The notes beneath the pieces were generated by a model, which saw nothing but the letters and a program-made list of their open reading frames with translations, ran no database searches and was not told where the DNA came from. This document shows, one piece after another, positions 52,212-64,000 of a DNA stretch of 64,000 nucleotides. Made by a program: the position numbers and the translations under genes. The first letter of the stretch is position 1. Each line of letters starts with the position of its first letter. This DNA comes from Octopus bimaculoides (lineage: Eukaryota), in contig NC_068992.1 in NCBI RefSeq assembly GCF_001194135.2, forward strand, positions 60,703,243 to 60,767,242. The letters run 5' to 3'.

Positions 52212-52245
52212 CGTCGGCGGCGGCGACGACGACGACGACGATTAT
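51950..52245. repeat. Compound trinucleotide array (GAT/GAC/GGT/GGC/AGC/AGT)
   Basis: Visible in the sequence. Confidence 0.95.
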
Positions 52246-52588
52246 GATACTTTCTAACATAATCCTTAATAATAATATGAAATGACAAACAAGAATGCGC
52301 AGTCAATTTATGACGTTGTAGAGGGAGGATAGAGATAATGACGTTACGGAGAGTCATCTTTTGTCAAGATAAGTGGAAGGGGAAGCGAAAGAATAAACAT
52401 TGAAGAAGGATAAAAAAAGTCATTGAGAAATAGGCAAATGTGAAGCATGCTAAACAAACGGTAAGAGGAAAAAAGCAGAATTAAGGTTTTGAACAGAGAA
52501 TATCGGAAGCGCTCTCGAAGAAATAAACGTTTCGGACGTATAGTGAAGTGTGTGTAAGTGTATACATGTGTGTGTGTGAGAGAGAGTG

Positions 52589-52631
<43 letters not shown>

Positions 52632-53559
52632 AGACAATCAGTACGTGAGAGGTATTATGTGCAAATGCAGACGTGCGTATATGTGTGTAATATTGAGAGA
52701 ATTGAGTATGTGAGAAGTTGTTGTAGGTGTGAATAAGACATAATATATGGCTTGTTTGAACAAAGCAGCTTGGTGCATATCTCTAAATGTGAATGAAGAT
52801 TAACTGTTGTTCCCTGTAAAACCTAGAAGCCAGAGCACTGTGGAGTTGTAGGAAACCGCAACAGCGAGATGCATTTAGGAGGGCCCTGGAAATTGAAATC
52901 GCACGCGACACGTTCGATGCCCAACTAATATTCCCTAAAACTATCAGATTGTCTACCACCGGTTTTCCCCTATTTACAATACGTCGTAATATCTTTAATC
53001 ATATGAATTGCCATACAGATGACATATGATATGATTGAAGATACTATGATAATGATAATAAATAGTAGAAAGACCACCCTCCGGGCGGTTTTCTCATAGC
53101 CCCTTGATAATATTTTCACATTTGATTCCAATTTCTAATAATTTTTATAGTTTATACCTAATTATTTCTTTCTATAATAGTACTCTCTTAAACCGATTAA
53201 TTCTTATTCTATGCAGACTAAAATATCAATACTGAAACAATATCACAAAGAAAAAAATTGTTATCGTTTGTAAATTAAAACTTCCTGTTATCAACACAAA
53301 ATAATTTTCTTCTGATGTAATATCTAGTTTATATTTGAAAGAATATCTTCCTTCATTTACTATTTATGTGAAATGTTATTTTGTCGTGTCTTGTTTGAGT
53401 TTTCATTTTTTTTTCTTCGTTTGTTTATTTTGTTATTTCTTAACATTTTGTATCCTTTTGTGTTACAAAATTTGAATCACATTATATCTTTAGAGAAATT
53501 TCAACGCCCTGAGGAAAGATTTTCAGAATGAATCATTTCAATCATAACAAAATACTTTC

Positions 53560-53711
53560 TTATTTATTTATTGCCCACAAGGGGCTAAACATAGAGGGGA
53601 CAAACAAGGACAGACAAAGGGATTAAGTCGATTACAACGAGCCCAGTGCGCAACTGGTACTTAATTTATCGACCCCGAAAGGATGAAAGGCAAAGTCGAG
53701 CTCGGCGAAAT
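53560..53711 (-). mobile_element. SINE-like family B variant, well preserved, head truncated
   Basis: ctggtacttaatttatcgaccccgaaaggatgaaaggcaaagtcgagctcggcg. Confidence 0.85.
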
Positions 53712-54179
53712 ATACAAACATATTCACAGATTAAATTGCATACTTAAAACGAGCTTATACATACTTACATTACTGTTGTTTTTGTTTTTGTTTTTTTTTG
53801 GTTTTACTTTTGTTGTCGCTTGGCTTGTTATCGTTATTGTTTAGCCCTGCATCGATTCTCATCGATCAGACCAACCATCAAAAACATTCCTACAGTAACT
53901 AAAATAAACATTCCTTATTGAAGACAGGTAATTATGATGCTATGTTTGATATAAAGGAATCCGACGTGAAATCTTAAGATTCAGAAATTTTTCCGGAAAG
54001 CTTTCTTATGACGTAGTATTTTCTTATAGCGTTGAAATGTTTCGTGATGACGTCACTAGAGCTGCTGCTGTTCTGAGATTTATAATAAGAAAGTCAAAGC
54101 GATGAAATATAGTTCTGATGTAGGTATTAATTATGAAGTTGATACAAGTAGTGGCTTAATAGAAACATGAGTACATCAG

Positions 54180-54700
54180 ATACAATGTTTTGCTGGGTTT
54201 GTTCTGACCCTCTACGTACTGTGTTCAAATACCGTTGCAACCATCTAGACCTGTCATCCTTGTGGGTTCGATAAGAGTATAGTTCTCTTCCAGTTCTGGG
54301 GTCGATATAACCGACTATGCCACTCCCCTAAGTATTGGCTTCAAATTTTAGCACCAGGTTATCAAATTCAGAGGTTGGGTGAATTTATTTCATTAACCCC
54401 ACCGCTCAATAGGTACTTATTTTATCGACAACATCCCACCCCAAGAGGAAAGCCGAAGTCGACATCTGCGGAATATGAACTCAGAACTGAAAAACGGTGA
54501 ATTAACCGAATTGTCAGAGCGTTGGATTAAATGTATTGAAACATTTATTCTGACTCTTTACTTTCTAAGTTCAAACCCGCCGAGAACTATTTCGCGGTCA
54601 TCCTTTTGAGTCGATAAAATATATACCAATCACGTGCTGAGGTCGACACACTCGACGTTTCTTTTCGTCAAAATTTTAGATTTTGTATTTAATATAAGGA
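54180..54700. mobile_element. Three degenerate family B copies in +/-/+ orientation
   Basis: Body motifs at ~54220-54340 (+), ~54345-54500 (-) and ~54510-54700 (+). Confidence 0.6.
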
Positions 54701-56261
54701 ATCGTTAATTAGTGCTACGTATTTTATTGAAAAACAAATTTTCCGATTACTTGATATTTTTCTTTAACATTTTATCCTTGTGTATTCCCACGATGCATTC
54801 ACTTCTAAAGATTTAGTTATTTAATAAACGTCTGGCTTATTCGATTGCCAACGACAATAGCATCGTGTACTGAGATACTTCAGAGGAATTTATGTCCAAC
54901 TTTTTTCTTCCTTGTATAGTATGTATATTTACTCATGAATAATTTAGTGCTGCAAATATTCCGAATTTATTCTATACGTCATGGTAATGTGACACAATAC
55001 GGTATTCTAATGTTGTAAATATTTAATATCTTTCACTTCAAAGGCCAGCTGGTTAATCGCTGCATCTATGTACTGCGTAATTCTGTCAGCCTTTCATTTC
55101 GAGTAATAAGACATTGCGTAACGGAATTTATTCGAATACAATGTATTATAATGGCATCACAGTAAGTCGCCACAGTTTATCGCCATATTTTATGACGTAC
55201 CTACCTTAACATGTATGTGTTTACCTGCGCACATTCCATATGAAGCACGATAAAATGCATAAAAAACATATAATGTACGAATTAAAATTACATTACATAT
55301 AAAGCACGAATTCCCATCTTTATACGAAAATTACTTCGAAAAATATTCCTATTTTCACCTTGTTTCTATCTTCTGCTTATGTGGTTGCTGCTGCTGCCCT
55401 CGTCGTTGTCACCGACCACATTACGAAGTTATCAGATATACAAGATGAATGTCACCAGCATTGTCCTTCTTTACTATGTAAGTTTCATCAAAATTTATAG
55501 GAAGGTTTAAGGCATTGTTAGCACAATTTGCAGAAATTCTCTAATTGGTACTGAAATGTGATGTTTGTGCCAAAACGGAAGTCGTCTGTTGGTTTGTCTT
55601 TTATTGGAGTCTCATTTCTGTTTGAGAAGATTTGAGAAATAGTTAATTCCTAACAGTGTGTGTAAATGTAAGATTTAATACAGACACGAAACAAATGATA
55701 AAAGTTTAGAACAATTCCCAGCATGGAAATAAAACCATAAGGCTTTGGGAGATGACCCCAGACTGTTGAATTGGGTAGTATTTATTGCGTGGAGTCTAGA
55801 AGAATGAAAGGCAATGTCGAGTGTGTTGAGGTTTGAATAATTGCTCGTTATTCTTTTGATTCTGCCAATCAAAAGCACAAAATGAATCCCCATCGGCTTC
55901 GACAAGGAGAATACATTTGTTTGATCAACAGAATTACAGAATTACCCTCACTTTGAGTTAGAATGTAAGTGACTGAGTATTCCGCAGACAAGAATACCTT
56001 GAACCCTGATCCACGGGAAGAATCAGCATGATATTGTTTGAGAAGACTAGACTTTTAAATTACAAATAACGGACTTTCAAACTATTTTCTTCAAGTCCGC
56101 TTCACTCACAAGTCGAGCCCCAGACGATAATAGATTACACTTACCCAATATTTCATGCAGTAAGAAGGAACTCGGAACGTCGAAATTGCAAAGTAAATTT
56201 CTTGACTAGTTGGAAGTAATGCTTTCTTTCTATAAGAGCATCTTACTAGAATATTACTAGA

Positions 56262-56410
56262 ATACATGGATGACCTTGTAGTTAAAGTACTCGACTAAAA
56301 CTCATAATATCGTGGGTTCAATTTCTAGATCGACTATCGCACTGTATTCTTAAATAAGACACTTCATTTCAAGTTGCTGCAGTCGACTCAGCTATAAATA
56401 GGTGCCAGCT
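56262..56410 (+). mobile_element. SINE-like family D head, degenerate
   Basis: gggttcaatttc B-box remnant, taagacacttcatttcaagttgctgcagtcgactcagct. Confidence 0.55.
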
Positions 56411-56450
56411 AGTTCCTGTCCAGCTCTCTGTATGTCTGTCATTTTTTTTG

Positions 56451-56520
<70 letters not shown>

Positions 56521-56607
56521 NNNNNNNNNNCACACACACACACATACAAACACCACTCACTCACTCACTCACTCACTCACTCACCCTTTCTCATTATGTG
56601 TCTCCAG

Positions 56608-56647
56608 CTGTCCTATCCTTGATCCTGGATGTGCTGCTGGTCCAAGA
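56608..56647 (+). other. Candidate 40-nt exon
   Basis: Pyrimidine-rich tract ending tctccag; donor AGA|gtaagt; two open frames. Confidence 0.3.
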
Positions 56648-58109
56648 GTAAGTGGGACAAGACAGTGTCTTTGTCTCGGATCCCCACTATATAGGCACCT
56701 AAAACAGTTAATGGAACAATTGTAAGGCATGGTACATGTTGCCAAGACATACATTCGTCTAAGTTCATTCAAAGATATAAAATATTGTCAGCAGAATTCA
56801 TAGGAATTTTTTATAAGAGCTACAACGAGAATATTTCTGTTGTGATTTTTGTGTCAAATCTTGAATCATCTATTGGATTGTCCATTATTGGAGTTCCATT
56901 TCCAAGACAGCCTAAAGACTTGGAAAGAGTGTTGGCTGTACTACGATGATTTCTTTAAGAAATCTTAAAATTGACTAATTACTCTTTTAACACTTTCATC
57001 TTAAGAAATTACATCTATTATTAAAATAAAGCCTTATAACTATCAATAATGGGAGTAAAATAGAAGTGGATAGGCATAGTCATGGCCAAAAAATTGGAAC
57101 ATAGGTCTGAAAATTAGAATTTTTTAATTAAATGCCCAAATAGATACGTAGTATATATTTGAATCGAATTGTATCTGGGCATAACAGTTTTCATTTTTTT
57201 TAATGTTCCAAACTTTTAGCCACGACTGCAATCGTAAAAGAATTGGGCAAAATACCCCGTGATATTCAGTTGCCACCCTTTAAATTCTGAATTCATATCC
57301 TTAACCTAACGAGATCTACTTTGATGGTCATCTTTCGCGTATTAGTAAAACAAAGTAACAGCTGTAAAATATTGGGACCGATTTAATTGTATATCCCCTT
57401 CTGCCGAAATGTGGAGCCCTTTATAATTTAGTCCCTCGTAATTTTAATTATAAGGTTATATAGAAATGTCTTTCTAAGCTACATTATGACTTGACATAGT
57501 AACTAAATCATTTTTTAGTTTTTTATGACAGTTGAGAATGTAAAGTTTAAATTGAAGCTGGATTAAGAGTAATTTATAAATAACTAAATGACATATATGG
57601 ATTTGTAGTTTTTTTTTTATCCTAATGGTTTAAGAGCAGAACGTAGGTATGCAGGCTTAATTCACTCCTCGATTATTTATTAACACTGACTTGTCTACAG
57701 AAAACCACTTAGACTTTGTATTTCGTTATTTCAGTGCCAATAAAGAAATTACAGAATAGATTAAATGTCGATGCCATATTGATTGCAAGATCTATAGCAT
57801 TTTGGTTTGGTTTCTTGGTAAGAAATCCGGAATAGAATACCAGCCTTTCTAGAAACATATGCTGCCGTGATATATACTTTAATAATGGAAACTTGGATAA
57901 GCACCAAAACCTTTACAAATATCTTGGACAAAGAAGAAAAACTTACATTGACAATTGTAAACTGTATTCCTTAGGAACAACGAAGCGTGATGTTATTGAC
58001 ATATATTGAAAATTGAAAAATTCGGTGTAAATGGAATTGAAATCGTTGACGCAGTATAACAACTCATATTAGATCTTTCTTGGCTAAGTCACTTAATATT
58101 GGTTTCAAA

Positions 58110-58312
58110 TTTTGGCTCAAAACCAGCAAGTTGGGTGAGGGTTTAAGTCGATTACATCGACCCCAGTCCTCAACTGGTACTTATTTTATCGACCTCGAAA
58201 TGATGAAAGGCAAAGTCGACCTCGGCGGAATTTCTATTCAGAATGTAAAGACAAACGAAATTCCGCTAATCATTTTGTCCGCCGCGCTAACGATTCTACC
58301 AGTTCGCCGTCT
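58110..58312 (-). mobile_element. SINE-like family B, near full length
   Basis: Reverse match including the head. Confidence 0.85.
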
Positions 58313-58891
58313 TAATGTCACTTAATATTGATTAGACAAACTAAATCCCAAAGACCTTCCTTTTTATGCTCCGAAAATAACACAGTAGTTGCATCTTTAC
58401 ATATCTATTGACCCACAATGATATACTCTGCTCCTATTTTGAACAGTGCTGCTACTACATACAGAAACGTACTTGACGTCGCCTATAATAAAGCCATCAA
58501 GCTGATTTGCAACGACTCACACACCAAAGCATTAAAATTGAATGGCGATTTTAAGCTAATGTTGTTCGCCGAGTCTATTTGCAAAGACTGTTATCAGACA
58601 TCAAGTCTTTTACTTTCAACATTTTCACCTCTCATAGGACATCTAATTACAACCTAACGGAAATCCTCCATAATGACATTTCTAAACTAACTTGTTCATT
58701 ATAGCTTATCTCAGATAAAACATCGTTATTAATCAATTGAGAAAGTGTATTAACAGTATTTACCTTCTTAATCCCAATGTAATTAATTTCACTGTATTAA
58801 TTAACCGAGCTAGCAATGATTTCTAGTTAGCATATTTTTACTATCTTTAAGATTTCAAAACATTTTTTGCTTAAATACAAATTCTACACTT

Positions 58892-59064
58892 AATAGGCGC
58901 AGGTGTGGCTGTATAGTTGACAAGCTTGCTTTCCAGCCTTGATGAGCAAGTGTCTTCTACTTTGAACTCTGGCTGACCAGTGGCTTGCGAGTAAGTTTGG
59001 CACATGGTAACTGAAAGAAGCTCGTCCTGTGTGTGTGTGCGCGCGCGTGTGTGTGTACGCGCGC

Positions 59065-59109
<45 letters not shown>

Positions 59110-59320
59110 GCAGTGTTCTTGTGCTCACCATCACGCGATTAACAGTATCGATTTGTTTATGTCCACGTAATTTAGCAATTCGGCGAAATAGTTTGATAGA
59201 ATGAATACCGGACTTTAAAATAGGTGCTGGGATCGATTAGTCTGATTGAAAATCTGTCAACGCGGGGCTCCAGCATTGGCCGTTATCTCATGACTGAAAC
59301 GAGCTAAAGAAAAAGAGAAA
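58892..59320 (+). mobile_element. SINE-like family A, degenerate full length
   Basis: Head, (TG)/(CG) middle and tail (gctccagcattggcc...tgactgaaac). Confidence 0.7.
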
Positions 59321-59442
59321 ACTGATATATACATTGTACAAAAGAGAGTCCCAAATTATTACACTAAATTCATCAATGTAAGGGTGCATACATGTGTACA
59401 TAGACACATATGCGCATATGCATAAATACAAATACACACACA

Positions 59443-59525
<83 letters not shown>

Positions 59526-60553
59526 ACTCATATTTTTCACGCATTCACACATCAACATACATACACATATATGTGTGTGTGTGTGTGTGCATGTGTGTGT
59601 GAGCATGTGTGTGTCTATGTATGTCTGTACGTTCATATGCGTAACGAGCAAAGACATAGTATATGATATCTAATTCTCCACATTAAATTGTCTCACGATA
59701 AAGTGATACCTTGTTCTATCAATGAACAAAAAGATGGCAACACCGGATTCACCTGGCATCCATGTTCTCACTTTTCATAGTTCGCATTATTATTCTGAAA
59801 AACTGGTAATCACTAAATGGTAGAGCAGATCACTAGGATGAGATAGGTTCCAATGGTTCTCTATCCATAGCGAATTTTTGCAAACGAATGTCAAACTATG
59901 TTAAAAACAAAATTGTCGATGAAAGGGTCGCTCAAAATTTTGAAATATTAACAACGAGCTCTTACGTACCTATTCAACTGTTGGCAAAAAGTTATATGTC
60001 TTCAAAGAAACAACAAAGAATTTAAATGAAGAAACAATCGAAACAAGCAGCAGGCCAATCAACAGAGATATAGCAAGTCTGTAAACAAAAGCAAACGGCT
60101 CGGCTGGGTATTTCGAACAACGCACGATATAATTAAAGCAGACGATAGAAAAAAGTGAAGAAAGCTGTCAAAACAACAGTGAAAATATAATAGATGAACA
60201 ACCTATGGGACATAACTGAAAAACTGGAAACTGACTTCAAGATCAATAATAATAATAATATTAGGCACAACCTTTCCAAATCAGTCCGTGCATGAAATAA
60301 AGAAAAAGAATATAAAAACAACGTAATTAGAGATGAAGGAAATACACACACACACACACACACACACACTTACGTTTCGATCAATGAGAAAAGAACAGGA
60401 GTTTTTGTCATTTATTAATTGATATTATTCTCTATGCTCTCCTGACGCTTTACTCAAAAGCACAAGTACTGGCTATTAGTATCTCTATCCCTAAGCGAAA
60501 TCATTATGTATCTATCTATCTGTCTATCTATACCTGCACACGCGCGTGGAAGC

Positions 60554-60584
<31 letters not shown>

Positions 60585-60649
60585 TTATGCTTGAAATCGA
60601 AGTTTCTATCACTTCTCAGAGATTTATTATTATTATTTATATTTTATTT

Positions 60650-60692
<43 letters not shown>

Positions 60693-60709
60693 TATTATTA
60701 TTATTATTA

Positions 60710-60743
<34 letters not shown>

Positions 60744-60785
60744 CATGATCATCATCATTATTAGTAGTAGTAGTATTATTATTAC
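60650..60785. repeat. (TAT)n microsatellite
   Basis: Visible in the sequence. Confidence 0.95.
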
Positions 60786-60786
60786 T

Positions 60787-60933
60787 GAAGCGGTGAGCAG
60801 GCAGAATCGTTAGCACGCCGGACGAAATGTTTAGCGGCATTTCGTCCGTCTTTCCGTTCTGAGTTCTAATTCCACCGAGCTCGACTTTGGGGGGGTCGAT
60901 GTTGCTGGCCTTGTGCCTATAGTAGAAAGGATT
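60787..60933 (+). mobile_element. SINE-like family B with internal deletion; a degenerate reverse copy lies at ~61085-61175
   Basis: gcagaatcgttagcacgccggacgaaatg head. Confidence 0.8.
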
Positions 60934-62067
60934 AGGTTTCTTGTCATTCTCTGATAGGAACAGATGACTTAATACCCTCGTTCTGAATTTTAATTGTCTC
61001 CTTCTGAATATCGGAGATCATATTGAATATCAACATATTCACAAGACCACTAATCTTTGTGGAGCTGCTGTGGACGAAGGAGAAGAGAGTTGTTGATTCA
61101 ATCGATCCCAGAACTTGACTGATATATAATTTATTGAGTCAGAAAGATGAAAGGTAAAGTTGACCTTGCTGAGATGATCGGAGATCTTATAGAAAAGCCA
61201 ATTATATCCTCAGGGAACTATAGACATATCTAAATACCATAAGAGCTATTTATCCGACATCCACAGATTCCGTTAGATCCCTTCCTCTTTCTACTATTCA
61301 ATTACTCTCTATTCTATAGAAAAACCATTCCAAGAAATCACTATTCATAGAGTGCAAATTAATATAAACAGAGAAATAAGAACTGTTAAATTGTATTTAT
61401 TTTGTGTGCAAGCAATACAATTACTTTATCAGAGTTTAATAATTTCGCCTTTTCATGTTTTATGGAAATGATTTCGAAGAAATATCAAATATTAATATTT
61501 GGTGATAATTATTAATTTTTAAATTTAGCTTTTAGTTGTTTGGCTTAGTACTGTCGAACCAATTTTCTCTATAGAACGTCGATATTGAGGAAACGTTTTC
61601 TGATATCAGTTCCGAAGGGATTCTGTACCAGTGTATAAACCTTTGATGTCGCATAAATTTTCCCATTTTCATCAAACACTCAAACCTCCCACCATCATCT
61701 TCTTTTTTTGCTCGCATGAATATTAATGATTAATTAGCATATGACTGTTTTTATTTTATCTGTTAGAAGAGATAAGAAATTGAAGCGAACTGGTTTTCAA
61801 GGATGTAAACGATGCCATGGTATAATTTGAAGCAAATTGACTGAGGCAGGAAACTGAGTAGCTACGCAGTGTCTTCCTCTAATGTCAGATGAACCAGTGC
61901 ACATACCACCTGTATTTAAAATGAGAACATGGACCCCAGGCACAAATTTAAGAATGACTAGCACACATGCCAGTATAATTCTTTCTAATTTTGGTACAAA
62001 GTGAGCAATTTTCGGAGAAAAGCCGGAAGAAATGCTGCGAAGCAATTTGTCCGACGTCTTAACGATT

Positions 62068-62210
62068 ATTTCACGTTGCTCCAATTCACTCAGTTGTGTC
62101 GGCTTTGTCCTTTCCATTGGACAACATCGGTAGCAGCCAGAGGAGAGACTACTATTCTTCCAGAAACAATCTTCCCGAACCTGAGTCTCGGAGAACTAGT
62201 TTTCGTGACT
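62068..62210 (+). mobile_element. SINE-like family D body fragment
   Basis: tttcacgttgctccaattcactcag...cctttcc...aaacaatcttccc matches the reverse of 48775-49000. Confidence 0.6.
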
Positions 62211-64000
62211 GAAAGGTGTTCTTTCTTCTATTCTCCATATAATTTTCTGCTGCTCTGTATCATGTTACAAATTATTAATAAGAAAAAATAAACATTCAGC
62301 TCTTCAAATGTCTATCTGTTCGCTGAATTTTGTACGAGTGGCTGAACATTCTCCAGAGACGTGCAACTTTAAGGCATATCTCAAGTAACATCTACGCTAC
62401 ACAGCATGACTAGGTTTAATTATAGACACAATCCATGCGACTGGTTTTTGCATAGCTTCCGTCTATCCAGATTTATTCAGAATATCTAGGTCGACTTGGA
62501 ACATCGATAACTTGCGCATCTATTTTCTTATCACCTCTAGCAGATAAAATATAAACTGAGTCCTTTGCTAATTGCTGAAGAAAACATTAATATTCATACG
62601 GTAAAGACGGTAGAAGATTTGAATATTTTAAAAAAAAAATGCGAATAGTTATACAACATCAAAGATTTATGACTGGTATAGAATCTTTCAGAACTAATAT
62701 GAGACAATATTTTCCCAATATTGATGTTTTAGAGAGAAGACTGATTCACCCCAACCAAGATTCACAACTAAAATCTAAATTTAAAAGTTAATAATTATCA
62801 CCAGATATTAATATCTCTTCGAAATCATTTACATAAAGAAAAGCGAACTTCTTAAACTTTCTGCAATTTTTGCTGCATCCAAAAATCAGTAACAAGGGCA
62901 ATAAAGGACACCTTTCATGGAGTGACGGGCAAAATAACCTACGATATTTGCTTTCGTTTATTTACTATATAAAATCAAATCCTAGAGTGGTCGAATTTTT
63001 ATAACATCGTTCGTAGACACAAGGAAAGAATCAGTGAAGCCGATTTGAAGGTGCACTCCGCTGGAAACTGTGGCTGACTTTGTAGTTGTGTTAGAAAGCA
63101 CTATACATAAACAATGTCGACAGAATCGGTAAAGCTCTTGACAAAATACATTAAGGTGTATAATTAAGTATATTTATTGTTCGGAATTAAAATTCTGCTG
63201 GGTATACACAGATTCTTATCTATTCAGTCTCTATAGAAGAACTCCTGTCGAGCATTTAGTTCTGGCAGCGTACCGTTACTGTCAATGACCCGAGGTTTAA
63301 TCAGCTGTGATGTACTGCAAATTTGTGTAAACGTTAGGTTTGCTTCAAATTATTCTCTCGTTAAGACAGACCTATTATTTGTTATTTCTACTCAATGACT
63401 TTAGCTTTGTTTAAATAGCTTTCGATACGATATAGAAAGGCTGAATATAAATAGGTATTTGAAAATATTATTAGCTTTCCGCAGAACTGATTGGTGGAGA
63501 GATGCAATATATAGTGTATGTCAATAAGTAGTGTATGACATATAATAGATAATGTATAGTCTAAGAATATTTATTTGAGTCTAAGCTACGTTCAAATCAC
63601 AACGCAGTCTATTTTCTGTTAAAATATTCCAGGTTCATTAGATTAAATAAGTGTCTGTTATATACTCTTTTCGCTGTATAGTGTATTCATTTCTTTTTTT
63701 GCATCTGTTATTTTTTATTATTGATTTTCTATATAAATGAAGCTATATCCTTTAATTTACTGCTTTACATGAACCGTAAAGATACCTTGCGAAATAGTTA
63801 TTTTAACGAGTTATATTTATTTATTATCCGAAGAGACACATCTACTCCGACGGATACTCCTAAACTAGTTCTTAAGTATTCCACTCTTGAAGGATCAATG
63901 CTAGATGAGTCGAAACAATCGTAGTGATTAATGAAAATTCTCCTATTTTCCGTCTTCCGTTTCTCTCATTAATCGTATATATATATATATATATATATAT

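Noticed and set aside
55436-55477. 42-nt exon candidate with gtaagt donor
   Set aside because: The acceptor lacks a pyrimidine tract and no product is recognisable.

Overview
AT-rich animal genomic DNA from a draft assembly. About 13 N-gaps are present, nearly all flanked by (TA)n, (TG)n or (GAA)n. The SINE families and microsatellite load look like an Octopus genome (inference, not checked). I recognise no host protein-coding gene, tRNA, rRNA or CRISPR array; most long ORFs in the track are gap or microsatellite artefacts. The window reads as intronic or intergenic DNA made of: (i) three tRNA-type SINE-like families, which I label A, B and D, in about 25 copies; (ii) decayed autonomous elements: two stacked RLE-type (R4/Dong-like) non-LTR copies, an RTE 3' end, a mariner transposase, a Tc1 left end and a possible Penelope GIY-YIG relic; (iii) MITE and foldback elements; (iv) a few weak candidate exons. 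The most notable signal is a non-coding composite element present twice, at 23565-24125 and 28518-28886 in opposite orientation. It consists of a ~125-bp module plus a long foldback whose arms carry minimal type I hammerhead ribozyme cores (CUGAUGA...GAAAC-AGCU-GUA). Copy 1 has an intact core on each strand, and the two copies show a compensatory pair in helix I. It resembles a Penelope-derived or retrozyme-like non-autonomous element. Activity and novelty are untested.
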